In this document: positions 1-8,415 of the stretch, piece after piece
How the letters are laid out: every line of letters begins with the position of its first letter
Numbering within the stretch: the stretch's first letter is position 1
Assembly (NCBI GenBank): GCA_903902445.1
Contig: CAIUUT010000133.1
Location: 1-41,780, forward strand
DNA: 41,780 nt
Direction of reading: 5' to 3'
Source: an uncultured Candidatus Marinamargulisbacteria bacterium
Lineage (GTDB): Bacteria > Margulisbacteria > Riflemargulisbacteria > GWF2-35-9
Program-made: the position numbers and the translations under genes
The notes under the pieces: generated by a model
Seen by the model: only the letters and a program-made list of their open reading frames with translations
Told to the model about the DNA's origin: nothing
Database searches by the model: none

Positions 1-49
1 CCAACTCGAAAATTTGGTTATACAGGGAAGGGAACAAAGTTTTAGTCAT
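1..49 (-). CDS. 5' end of an unknown gene running off the window (MTKTLFPSLYNQIFEL...)
   Basis: ATG at 49 overlaps the last codons of the Cys-rich peptide gene, and the frame stays open to the window edge. Only 16 codons are visible. Confidence 0.45.
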   Translation of the reverse strand, partial: MTKTLFPSLYNQIFEL

Positions 50-161
50 GGCACCCCATAACCACCTTTGTATTTTTTGCACAACACTGAGCCACTGTTT
101 TATCGGCACTGCCGCAACAAGACTGTTGTAATTTAACATTTACTTCGGTAATCTTTTTCAT
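42..161 (-). CDS. 39-aa Cys-rich small peptide (MKKITEVNVKLQQSCCGSADKTVAQCCAKNTKVVMGCHD)
   Basis: Translated by hand; below the ORF-track cutoff. Its ATG overlaps the methyltransferase TGA (ATGA at 158-161). It has two CC pairs and a C-terminal GCHD. Confidence 0.7.
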   Translation of the reverse strand: MKKITEVNVKLQQSCCGSADKTVAQCCAKNTKVVMGCHD

Positions 162-796
162 TCTTTCACCCCTTTCATTATGATGCTGCAGAGCGCAAAT
201 CCTTCTTTATTATACTGCCTTGAACTTAGGATATCTACTGACTTAAAGCCTACGCTGTGTATTTGTTGCAGCAGTTGGTTTTCGGGTATTGCCCCACCCC
301 AGCAGGCCGCAACTTTGGCTGGATCCTGACTCACTTCTTTAGGCAGCTCATCCACACTCACCACGTCACCTACTAAAAAGTAGCCACCATTTTTCAGAAC
401 TCTAAACAATTCTGCGTAAACTTTGTCCTTTTGCAGCGAATGATTAATAACACAATTACTGGTAATAACATCAAAGCAGCGGTCCATAAAGGGTAAATTA
501 TGCATGTCCCCTACCTTGAATTCAAGTTGGGGATGTATATATTTTTTCTTGGCTTCCTCAATCATGGCGGGTGTTAAGTCTAAACCAACAACACTTCCAG
601 TTTCATCCAGCCTTTGGGCCATTTTATAAGCCGTTTGTCCTTGACCACAACCCAAATCTAAAACACTGTCTGAAGGCTGGAGCGCTAAAAAAGACCAGAG
701 ATTGGCACACCCCAGACTGGACGAGGCTACCTCTTGTTCATAGCGCTCTACAATCTGTGTAGAAGTTTGAGTTTGGCATTGATTATTGTTTTCCAT
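158..796 (-). CDS. Class I SAM-dependent methyltransferase, arsenite methyltransferase (ArsM)-like
   Basis: SAM motif VLDLGCGQG. The Cys motifs SLGCAN, FDVITSNCVIN and ACWGGA match ArsM-family positions. Confidence 0.75.
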   Translation of the reverse strand: MENNNQCQTQTSTQIVERYEQEVASSSLGCANLWSFLALQPSDSVLDLGCGQGQTAYKMAQRLDETGSVVGLDLTPAMIEEAKKKYIHPQLEFKVGDMHNLPFMDRCFDVITSNCVINHSLQKDKVYAELFRVLKNGGYFLVGDVVSVDELPKEVSQDPAKVAACWGGAIPENQLLQQIHSVGFKSVDILSSRQYNKEGFALCSIIMKGVKE

Positions 797-851
797 ACCC
801 TATATGATGCCATAAAACCTAAAAAGATACATACACCTTAAATATTTTAGA

Positions 852-1520
852 CTATTTTTTTATCTCTGGAGATTCACTTTTATTTGGTGCGAGAGTATTG
901 GGTTTATTTATTCCTGAAAACCCACTTAATATACCAAGACCACCTACCATTACAAGTCCAGCAGTAATAGCATTCGCTATAATATTTTTCCTAAAATTAA
1001 TGGCGTATTGCAGGCCATGCATTATAGCTGTCAACGTGTGTTTATCCGACATAATTATCACTGAAGTGCCTAGGGCCGTGCTCACCCAAGAGTCATGGAT
1101 TAAATTATCTCTAGCATCTTCCTTGCGTATTTTACTGGCTATCTTATTATTATCGTCAGTTATAGGTTCTATCTCTGGGTCACATTCTGGCTTATTTACA
1201 GGTTCTGGCATTACTATCGCAGGTACATCTTCAGGAATCTCGCACTCAGAGTTATCCTTAGTGATAATTTTTACATCAATATTTACATAATACTTCTTTA
1301 TTACCGCATCCAATAATTCATTTACTTTTTTATCTGGAGGATCTGAATCGTCCTTTGAGCCTTTGTTAACTAAGCTTCTTTTAGTGGCTTTATTTATTCG
1401 CTCACGATTTAGCCTTTCCCTATCCTGGCTTTCATGCCTCGCATCTTCTAATCTAAGTCTTTCCCATTGTTTAAAGCTATCTAGACGGTGTACTGAAAAA
1501 TGACTATCTATTCCTATCAT
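852..1520 (-). CDS. Hypothetical protein: charged N-terminal half, C-terminal hydrophobic segment(s)
   Basis: Long ORF. The RBS AAGGGGAG precedes the ATG at 1520, which I prefer to the track start at 1550. TM-like IIANAITAGLVMVGGLGILSGF near the C-terminus. Confidence 0.65.
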   Translation of the reverse strand: MIGIDSHFSVHRLDSFKQWERLRLEDARHESQDRERLNRERINKATKRSLVNKGSKDDSDPPDKKVNELLDAVIKKYYVNIDVKIITKDNSECEIPEDVPAIVMPEPVNKPECDPEIEPITDDNNKIASKIRKEDARDNLIHDSWVSTALGTSVIIMSDKHTLTAIMHGLQYAINFRKNIIANAITAGLVMVGGLGILSGFSGINKPNTLAPNKSESPEIKK

Positions 1521-1575
1521 GCAACTCCCCCTTCTCTCAACGCCATACATTGTGGTTACGCGTCAGTGTACAAGT

Positions 1576-1583
1576 ATATCGGC
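1576..1583 (-). promoter_or_regulatory. Putative sigma28 (FliA/SigD) -10 element GCCGATAT
   Basis: Exact SigD-type -10 octamer about 55 nt upstream of the ATG at 1520. No canonical TAAA -35 is seen. Confidence 0.4.
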
Positions 1584-1654
1584 AGCACTCACAGAGAATC
1601 CCACATAAGTTGGATGAGAAAAGAAAAACAGGAAAGAGCAGAAACTATGTTTGG

Positions 1655-2314
1655 TTAATTTACAAAGGGAACCTTTGGGCAAAACTTATCTAAAAAACAT
1701 TCGGCACATTTGGGATTGCGAGGCAAACAAATGTTCTGACCTAGCAGCACCAGCCTGCGATTTAAACCTCTCCAGTATTGGCGGGGCAACCGTTCACGTA
1801 ATCTAAGTTCCGTTTGGTCAGCATTTGCTGTTTTCACCCAGCCCCATCTATTAACGATACGGTGTACATGAATGTCGACACAAATGCCCTCTTGTCCAAA
1901 CACTTCCGTCACGACCAAATTAGCCACCTTTCTGCCCACTCCTGGTAAAAGCAATAACTCTTCAATACTCTGAGGTAAAGGGTTACTACTGGCTAACATA
2001 ATTTTGGCAATCTCTTTAAGCTGAATCGTTTTACGTTTATAAAAGCCACATGGATAGAGCATTTTTTCTAAGGCGTCTGGTACTATATTGGCTAAAGTCT
2101 GAAAATCTTTGACCTGCGAAAAAACTCTTTTAGAGGCCTCCCATGTTACTTTTTCTTTGGTGCGTAAACTGATCACGCTGGCCACAAGTATTTTAAAGAA
2201 TCTCTCCTCAATGTTACTTATTTGAGAAAGCTCATGAGACACCAGTAGTTTTGGAGCATAAGCCAAGAGCGTATCGATTTGGGGTAAAATCCAATCTAGA
2301 TCCGAATACTTCAT
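1655..2314 (-). CDS. nth: Endonuclease III (HhH-GPD DNA glycosylase)
   Basis: HhH LLLLPGVGRKVAN, VDIHVHRI, and C-terminal 4Fe-4S motif CLPRNPKCAECFLDKFC. Confidence 0.92.
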   Translation of the reverse strand: MKYSDLDWILPQIDTLLAYAPKLLVSHELSQISNIEERFFKILVASVISLRTKEKVTWEASKRVFSQVKDFQTLANIVPDALEKMLYPCGFYKRKTIQLKEIAKIMLASSNPLPQSIEELLLLPGVGRKVANLVVTEVFGQEGICVDIHVHRIVNRWGWVKTANADQTELRLRERLPRQYWRGLNRRLVLLGQNICLPRNPKCAECFLDKFCPKVPFVN

Positions 2315-2342
2315 ACTCCTGCTTGCCCTTGGGAAGTACGAA

Positions 2343-2840
2343 TCATCTGGCTATGTAGGGAGAAGCCTTACCCCACATTTTTCCAAACTCTGTCTTAAAC
2401 GCAGCAATGGTTTCTTTATCTTTTAGAATAAACATATTTTCATAGTTAAAAAACTCTGCGTTATTTGTCCAATTATAGGAACCTGTTGTCAGATACTTAT
2501 CACCAATAAGCATAAACTTATGATGCATGATGCCTCTGGCCTGAGCATTGGGTAATATTCGCAACTCTAAATATTTGGCTAACCAAGGCGCAACCGAGTT
2601 TTTACCGCTTAATTGGCTTCTATCCATGATTACCCGAACCGTCCTGCCACCTTGTGAGGCAGCAATTAAACCTAAAGCCAGTTCCTTCGAGGTAAAGCTA
2701 TAAATAGCTACATCAATGCTCTGCGTTGTAGTCTGCATTAATCGAAGTAGCGCTTCTCTGGCGCCACCATTTGGAGAAAAACATACCGCCGAAAATGAAA
2801 ACTGCAATATTGTTAGGGTAATAATTAATCTTTTCCACAT
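2343..2840 (-). CDS. Secreted phospholipase D-family nuclease (Nuc/PLD6-like, single HKD)
   Basis: N-terminal signal peptide; FSP, SIDVAIYSFT, MHHKFMLIGD and TGSYNWT...NYEN motifs. Confidence 0.85.
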   Translation of the reverse strand: MWKRLIITLTILQFSFSAVCFSPNGGAREALLRLMQTTTQSIDVAIYSFTSKELALGLIAASQGGRTVRVIMDRSQLSGKNSVAPWLAKYLELRILPNAQARGIMHHKFMLIGDKYLTTGSYNWTNNAEFFNYENMFILKDKETIAAFKTEFGKMWGKASPYIAR

Positions 2841-2926
2841 GTTACGTAGTATAGATTAATATAAAATATTATAAAATGGAAAATTCTTGATTTACTTCTG
2901 AAAAAAGCGGTAGTATCATTTTAATT

Positions 2927-3394
2927 ATGACTTATTCCATCCGCAAAGCAGTTTTAGCCGATAGCGAGAGCATTCAGAAGCTTGTTAAGCAAAATGCGCA
3001 AGAAGGCAAAATGCTCCACCGCTCGTTGCAGTACATTTACGAGCATATTCGTGATTATTACGTTGCCCCCAACCAAGACGGTGACATTATCGGAGCTTGT
3101 GCCTTTACGATTAGTCAGAAAGATTTGGCGGAAGTAAAATCCCTTACCGTCGATAAAAAATTTCAGAAGCTAGGGATAGCCTCAAAACTCATTAGCGCTG
3201 GTCTGGAAGATCTGCAAAAGCTGGGGATTATTAAAGCTTTTTGCCTAACCTACGTTCCCGACTTTTTTGCTAAACTAGGTTTTAGTATCGTTACCAAAGA
3301 GTCCCTACCTCATAAAATTTGGACGGAATGTATCAACTGCCCTCAATTTCCAGATTGCGATGAAATTGCTATGGTAAAAGACTTATCAAACTAG
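2927..3394 (+). CDS. GNAT N-acetyltransferase (short ArgA-like amino-acid N-acetyltransferase)
   Basis: LAEVKSLTV, QKLGIASKL acetyl-CoA motif, C-terminal LPHKIWTECINCPQFPDCDE; argC lies elsewhere in the window. Confidence 0.8.
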   Translation: MTYSIRKAVLADSESIQKLVKQNAQEGKMLHRSLQYIYEHIRDYYVAPNQDGDIIGACAFTISQKDLAEVKSLTVDKKFQKLGIASKLISAGLEDLQKLGIIKAFCLTYVPDFFAKLGFSIVTKESLPHKIWTECINCPQFPDCDEIAMVKDLSN

Positions 3395-4843
3395 TTAGAA
3401 ATCATCAAAGTTTAGATTATCAAAATCCACTTCTTCGCTTTCCAAATTTTGTGTACTTTTTTCCAGCTGTTTAATGGGTGGCGCGTACTCACTCGTCCCG
3501 CTAGAACCGAACATATCCTTTAACTGCCTAACCGTTTCCGCAAAAGGAGTAAACTCATGGGTACCCTGTTTAAGAAAATTATTTACTTTATCTATTTTAT
3601 CAATGGCCCAGTCTATCTTGGGATTACTACCATTTACATACGCACCGATGTTTATTAAGTCCTCGGCTTCACTATATCGAGCCAGAACCTCACGCAGTTG
3701 GCCCGCTGCTCTTTTATGTTCCTCGTTATTAATAATAGAAAATAAGCGACTCACACTGTTACTTACATCAATGGAGGGAAAATGATTTCTAGCGGCTATA
3801 TCTCTAGAAAGGATAATGTGTCCATCCAGAATACTTCTGGCTGTATCGGCAACGGGCTCGTCCATGTCTCCGCCCTCAACTAATACGGTGTAAATAGCCG
3901 TAATAGAGCCAATAACGTTGGTCCCCGTGCGTTCCATTAAGCGTGGCATCAGCGCAAAAACTGAAGGAGGATACCCCTTCGTAGTAGGCGGTTCGCCTGT
4001 TGCCAGACCGACCTCACGCTGAGCCATGGCATACCGCGTGGTACTGTCCATCATAAATAAGACTTTTTTCCCTTGGTCCCGAAAATACTCCGCCACAGCC
4101 GTTCCCACTAAGGCTCCCTTTAATCTGATTAAAGGAGGCTTATCGGAGGTAGCCACAATAACTACCGAGCGTTTCATACCTTCTTCCCCCAAGGAATCTT
4201 CTATAAATTCCCTTACTTCGCGTCCTCTTTCACCAATCAGCGCTATTACGGAAACATCCGCCTTTGATTGTCTGGCAAGCTGCCCCATTAATGTAGATTT
4301 TCCGACCCCTGAGCCAGCAAAGATACCGATACGCTGACCTACGCCTAAAGTCAGACAACCGTCAATGACGCGCACCCCAACTTCCAACACTTCATCAATC
4401 TTTGGTCTTTTTACAGGATCTGGAGGATCGCTATCGAGTGGATAATATTCCTCACAAATAATGTCACCCTTGTCATCGATTGGGTCACCTAAACCATCGA
4501 TAACTCTGCCCAATAAGTTCATGCCGACCTTCACGCCCAAGGGCTTTCCTGTAGCATAAACCGGACTGCCTGGACAAATACCATCGATGGGGCCAAAGGG
4601 CATTAATAGTACTTTTTCCTTTCTAAAACCGACAACTTCAGATCTGACAATTCGCTTATCTGGCAGCTCAATTTGGCAAACCTCTCCTACAGATACATTT
4701 TGAATATGCGCCTCTATAATTAAACCCACAACTTCGGTAACCTTACCAGTATTCTTGGTTAAAGAGCCAATCGCCTTTACTTCTTTAATATAGTCATCAA
4801 ACTTTATATAGGGACTATTGTTCATCGAGTATATCTGGCTCAT
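3395..4843 (-). CDS. fliI: Flagellar/type III export ATPase FliI
   Basis: Walker A GIFAGSGVGKST, LIGERGREVREF, MDSTTRYAMAQRE, GEPPTTKGYPPS; directly downstream of fliH. Confidence 0.93.
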   Translation of the reverse strand: MSQIYSMNNSPYIKFDDYIKEVKAIGSLTKNTGKVTEVVGLIIEAHIQNVSVGEVCQIELPDKRIVRSEVVGFRKEKVLLMPFGPIDGICPGSPVYATGKPLGVKVGMNLLGRVIDGLGDPIDDKGDIICEEYYPLDSDPPDPVKRPKIDEVLEVGVRVIDGCLTLGVGQRIGIFAGSGVGKSTLMGQLARQSKADVSVIALIGERGREVREFIEDSLGEEGMKRSVVIVATSDKPPLIRLKGALVGTAVAEYFRDQGKKVLFMMDSTTRYAMAQREVGLATGEPPTTKGYPPSVFALMPRLMERTGTNVIGSITAIYTVLVEGGDMDEPVADTARSILDGHIILSRDIAARNHFPSIDVSNSVSRLFSIINNEEHKRAAGQLREVLARYSEAEDLINIGAYVNGSNPKIDWAIDKIDKVNNFLKQGTHEFTPFAETVRQLKDMFGSSGTSEYAPPIKQLEKSTQNLESEEVDFDNLNFDDF

Positions 4844-5882
4844 CTAACTCTAAGCTGGAAAGGTCTTGGTCATCGACGTCAAAGTTAATCTGCTCAAGCT
4901 CTAAATCCTCTTCCTCATCTTCGAAAAAGCTTAAATCATTTCCATCCAGCTCATCTTCACTTAGGGTTAAGAGTTCGTCACTTTGCTCAAAAATATCATC
5001 CTCATCTTGAGTCGCAGTTTTTTCTTGTACCAAAGTTCTTTCAATAAGTGCCGTATTTGCCAATTGCTTCGTTTCAAAAGTTTTGTTAATAACTTCCATA
5101 ATACCAATCATTTTTGTTTCGATAGTAGCATCAACCAGACCATATTCGGTTTCGATAATACACCCCCCAGGCTGTATCGTTTCTGACTTCAGAATGTCGA
5201 GACTTTGTACCGAACCAATCTGTGCAATCAGTCTTTGCTTATTCTCCGTAATAAAATCATAGTGTTGGGGATTGACCTTTATTCTTATCCTTTCCATTTC
5301 CCCCATTTTACGCAGGGCGTCACGAATAACGTCCATAATATGCGGTGGGTTGGCCACAAACTCATCTGCAATGACCTTCTTCAAAATACTGTCGACTAAT
5401 CCAATAAAATAGGGTTCTGTACTTTTAAAGATATCCTTTTTATATTCATTTAACTCATTGATTTTGTTAAATATTTCTTTAGTATTTTTTATATACTCCT
5501 CTTTGATTAAGTCAAACTCACTACTGCCCTTCTGATAGCCTTCAGCATAACCCTTTTTATTACCTTGCTCTAAACCTTCTTGATAACCCAGTTTGCTAGA
5601 CTCGTTTATAACCTTTTGTTTCTGAGTCGATAAATCTTGATTGGCAGCTATCTTTTCTGACTCATAAAGCTGCTTTTTCTGACTAAATTGGATTCTCTCT
5701 ATCTCTAGATTATTTTTTATTTCTTGCACTTCCTGCAGCATTTCTTGTTTTAAAATATTTAATTCATGTTGGATTTTTTCACGGGGAACTTTTAACTCGA
5801 TACAAAGCTTTTCGGGGGGAGGTTTGGGTATTTTTTCTTTTCTATCAAAGGCTATTTGCCCCTTGCTTATGAGACTAGACAT
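4815..5882 (-). CDS. fliH: FliH/SctL ATPase regulator with long acidic C-terminal tail
   Basis: GxxxG repeats (GYQEGLEQGNKKGYAEGYQKG), IRIKVNP, PGGCIIETEYGLVDAT; lies between fliG and fliI. Confidence 0.88.
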   Translation of the reverse strand: MSSLISKGQIAFDRKEKIPKPPPEKLCIELKVPREKIQHELNILKQEMLQEVQEIKNNLEIERIQFSQKKQLYESEKIAANQDLSTQKQKVINESSKLGYQEGLEQGNKKGYAEGYQKGSSEFDLIKEEYIKNTKEIFNKINELNEYKKDIFKSTEPYFIGLVDSILKKVIADEFVANPPHIMDVIRDALRKMGEMERIRIKVNPQHYDFITENKQRLIAQIGSVQSLDILKSETIQPGGCIIETEYGLVDATIETKMIGIMEVINKTFETKQLANTALIERTLVQEKTATQDEDDIFEQSDELLTLSEDELDGNDLSFFEDEEEDLELEQINFDVDDQDLSSLELDEPDILDEQ

Positions 5883-6471
5883 TTTCCATGGCCTGTTTAA
5901 GTGAGATTAGAAAGGCTTGCTTTACACTAACGGACATTTTAGCAATGATAGGAGATTTTTGCATTTGATTTTGGATCTTTATACCTCTAATGGATAAGAA
6001 GTCCGATATTTCCTTTTGTTTATTCAGCGGGAATAAATCTAGGATAATCCCATGGAATACCTTATTTTCAGCAAACATCAAATCCACCACAATTTCCTTG
6101 GCACACGCCTGCAAAAAGTCTTCCTCGGAGACTTCTTGGGGTTGGACTTCAAGATTTTCAAGTATTGGCGCAACTTTTTGTTCTGTTTGTTCGATGTCCG
6201 TTGTTTCGACATCTTTATGCGCTTGCGTTTCTGACACTTCCTCGAGGCTACTCATATTTTGCACATCAGGCACTTGTTCTTTAACTAATTCTTCAAAAAC
6301 AAAAGCATCAATATCCTCGGGTAGCGTTATTTCACCAATTAAGGCCAATACATTGTCTTGAATTTTTGCTACGGTCTCTGGCGACAACCCAGTCAATATC
6401 TCTTGCGAAAGCTCACTACCGAGCATGGAGAATATTATCGCTGTTTTTTCTATATTATTATATTCAGCCAC
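5875..6471 (-). CDS. fliG: Truncated FliG-like protein (N and M domains only)
   Basis: FliG-N signature EKTAIIFSMLG...EILTGLS; position between fliF and fliH; 198 aa; EHPQ appears degenerate (ENKV); no MFxF/C-terminal domain. Confidence 0.7.
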   Translation of the reverse strand: MAEYNNIEKTAIIFSMLGSELSQEILTGLSPETVAKIQDNVLALIGEITLPEDIDAFVFEELVKEQVPDVQNMSSLEEVSETQAHKDVETTDIEQTEQKVAPILENLEVQPQEVSEEDFLQACAKEIVVDLMFAENKVFHGIILDLFPLNKQKEISDFLSIRGIKIQNQMQKSPIIAKMSVSVKQAFLISLKQAMENV

Positions 6472-7980
6472 CTAGGACTCCATCCAACTGTTTATTTTAT
6501 TGATAATTTTTTCTTTATTATCGGTGGCAAAGCCTCTAAATTTCTCAATAGCTATTTCCTGCTCCCTTTGCGCTACCGTTTCTTCGTCAGCATCCTCAAG
6601 GGTTTCTTGTTCTTCGAAATCCTCTGTTTCTGCTGACTTTTGTTTATTTATGACCCGTAAAATAAGGATTACAAAAATAATACTAATAATAATAAAAGCA
6701 TAAATATATTTAAAAACAAGAGCGGTAGCTCCCTTGGGTGCATTAAATTTGCCAAATTGCTTGCTGGCGGGAGAAAAAATATTTTTCTTTACAGGTTTGG
6801 CAACTTGCTGATCCGAATCAATATTTACGAAAGGGCCTTTCTCAATAACTATTGAATCTCGGCTAGGCACATAGCCAATCGCTGAAGACACTAAGGTAAA
6901 AGTAGATTCCTTTAATTCGCTGGTGAGTTGGATATTTTGATTATTGGCATCTAAAAGAATGGCCACATCCACATTGGCCAAAACATAGGGCGAACTTTCC
7001 TCTGAAGATTCAGCCAACTTAACGTTGGTAAAAACCAGATAACTGCCCATGGGGTAAAGTGTCGCCAACACATTTTTCACTTTTTGATTATAATCATTTT
7101 CGTAATTTTTCTTTAACTGATCGCGAAACTTTATGAGCAATTCTAACGGTGATTTTGTTTCATCACCCTTAGAAGAAATAAGGTCAAAAAACATGGCTTG
7201 TCGCTTGTCTAATAGCGAAGCCTTCACTCTGTCGCTTAGGATATTTCCCGCATTGTCGATGACCGTAACATCTTCGGGCTTGATGTCTTCTACCGAGCTG
7301 GCCACTAGATGCATAATGCCCTTAATTTGCTTATCGGTAATGGAGTACTTTGGTTTTATATTTAATACAACCGAAGAACTGCCTGCAATCCTGTCAGCAA
7401 AAGGTTTCTGTTCTGGAATGACTATTTGCACTCGAGCCGTATTAATGCCTTTCATATGAGAAATAATTCTAGATAACTCTCCGCTTATAGCACGCACAAA
7501 CTGTATTCGCTTGTCATAATCTGTTGCACCTAGGCTTTGTGCCTTATCGAAAATTTCGAAACCGACAATTCCCCCCTCTGGCAAACCCAGTTGTGCCATT
7601 TTGAGTCGGGCTTCATCGGCAAACTTCTTCGGCACAGCAATGTTTACGATACGCCCCTCTTTTTTAGATTCAAAGGGTATGTTTTCAAAGCTCAGTGCTT
7701 GGCGAATTTGCGAAGCATCCATAGGTGTAAGCTGCTCAAAAACTGGCAGATACTTTTCATGTTTGTTGTATATTTTTTCTTTAGGAACATCGTCATCTAT
7801 GTTTTTTGGTTTCTGATTGGAGCCTCTAATCAGAAAACCCATGATGACTAAGACAATAATCAGCGCTACGGCAACGCCCGCTGCAATTTGATAAAGTCGA
7901 TTGGAAAGAAATGTAGTGACTATACTATTGGCTTGTGTGCTATTTTCTAGGTTTTCTCCCTCTTCTACCAATCCTCTCAC
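6472..7980 (-). CDS. fliF: MS-ring protein FliF (short RBM3)
   Basis: Two TM helices; GLPEGGIVGFEIFDK, RAISGELSRII, ARVQIVIPE, HLVASSV, VTVIDNAGNILS, SAIGYVPSRDSIVI motifs. Confidence 0.9.
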   Translation of the reverse strand: MRGLVEEGENLENSTQANSIVTTFLSNRLYQIAAGVAVALIIVLVIMGFLIRGSNQKPKNIDDDVPKEKIYNKHEKYLPVFEQLTPMDASQIRQALSFENIPFESKKEGRIVNIAVPKKFADEARLKMAQLGLPEGGIVGFEIFDKAQSLGATDYDKRIQFVRAISGELSRIISHMKGINTARVQIVIPEQKPFADRIAGSSSVVLNIKPKYSITDKQIKGIMHLVASSVEDIKPEDVTVIDNAGNILSDRVKASLLDKRQAMFFDLISSKGDETKSPLELLIKFRDQLKKNYENDYNQKVKNVLATLYPMGSYLVFTNVKLAESSEESSPYVLANVDVAILLDANNQNIQLTSELKESTFTLVSSAIGYVPSRDSIVIEKGPFVNIDSDQQVAKPVKKNIFSPASKQFGKFNAPKGATALVFKYIYAFIIISIIFVILILRVINKQKSAETEDFEEQETLEDADEETVAQREQEIAIEKFRGFATDNKEKIINKINSWMES

Positions 7981-8086
7981 CTCTACAACTAAGTATAATA
8001 GAAAATCTATTAATCAGTAAATGAATTTACAAGATAACGATTAACACGGCAATAATTCACTAATTTAGCATCGATCCAAACAAATA

Positions 8087-8401
8087 CTAAACAGGCATTT
8101 GCATTATCTCTTTAATGGTCGTCACACTTGTATTAATAACCGTCATTGCCAAATTTACGGACAGATTGGCTTTTTCAACTTCTATCATTACATCCTCTAA
8201 ACTGGCCTTTCCCTGAATGTAGTCGTTAATCAACTTTTCCGAATTCATTTCTTGGGCACTGACCGCATTTAAACTATCCACAGCTTTATCTAATAACGAC
8301 TGGAAAGGATTCTTATCCAGTTTTAAGGAATTATCCACCACATTTGTTAATGGTGTGTTTTTTATTATATTACCTAAACCTGAAACCGGATTAATATCCA
8401 C
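8087..8401 (-). CDS. fliE: Hook-basal body protein FliE
   Basis: FQSLLDKAV...LEDVMIEVEKANLS...KEIMQMPV C-terminus; RBS GAGGAG before GTG; follows flgC. Confidence 0.88.
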   Translation of the reverse strand: MDINPVSGLGNIIKNTPLTNVVDNSLKLDKNPFQSLLDKAVDSLNAVSAQEMNSEKLINDYIQGKASLEDVMIEVEKANLSVNLAMTVINTSVTTIKEIMQMPV

Positions 8402-8415
8402 AGCCTACTCCTCTT

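Noticed and set aside
3395-4843. F1-ATPase beta subunit or injectisome SctN as alternative calls
   Set aside because: The MAQRE/GEPPTTKGYPPS motifs and the fliF-G-H, rod and L/P-ring context indicate flagellar-lineage FliI. No secretin or needle genes are seen.
5875-6471. fliG pseudogene by frameshift
   Set aside because: The stop overlaps the fliH start and no FliG-C remnant follows, so this looks like a clean domain loss.
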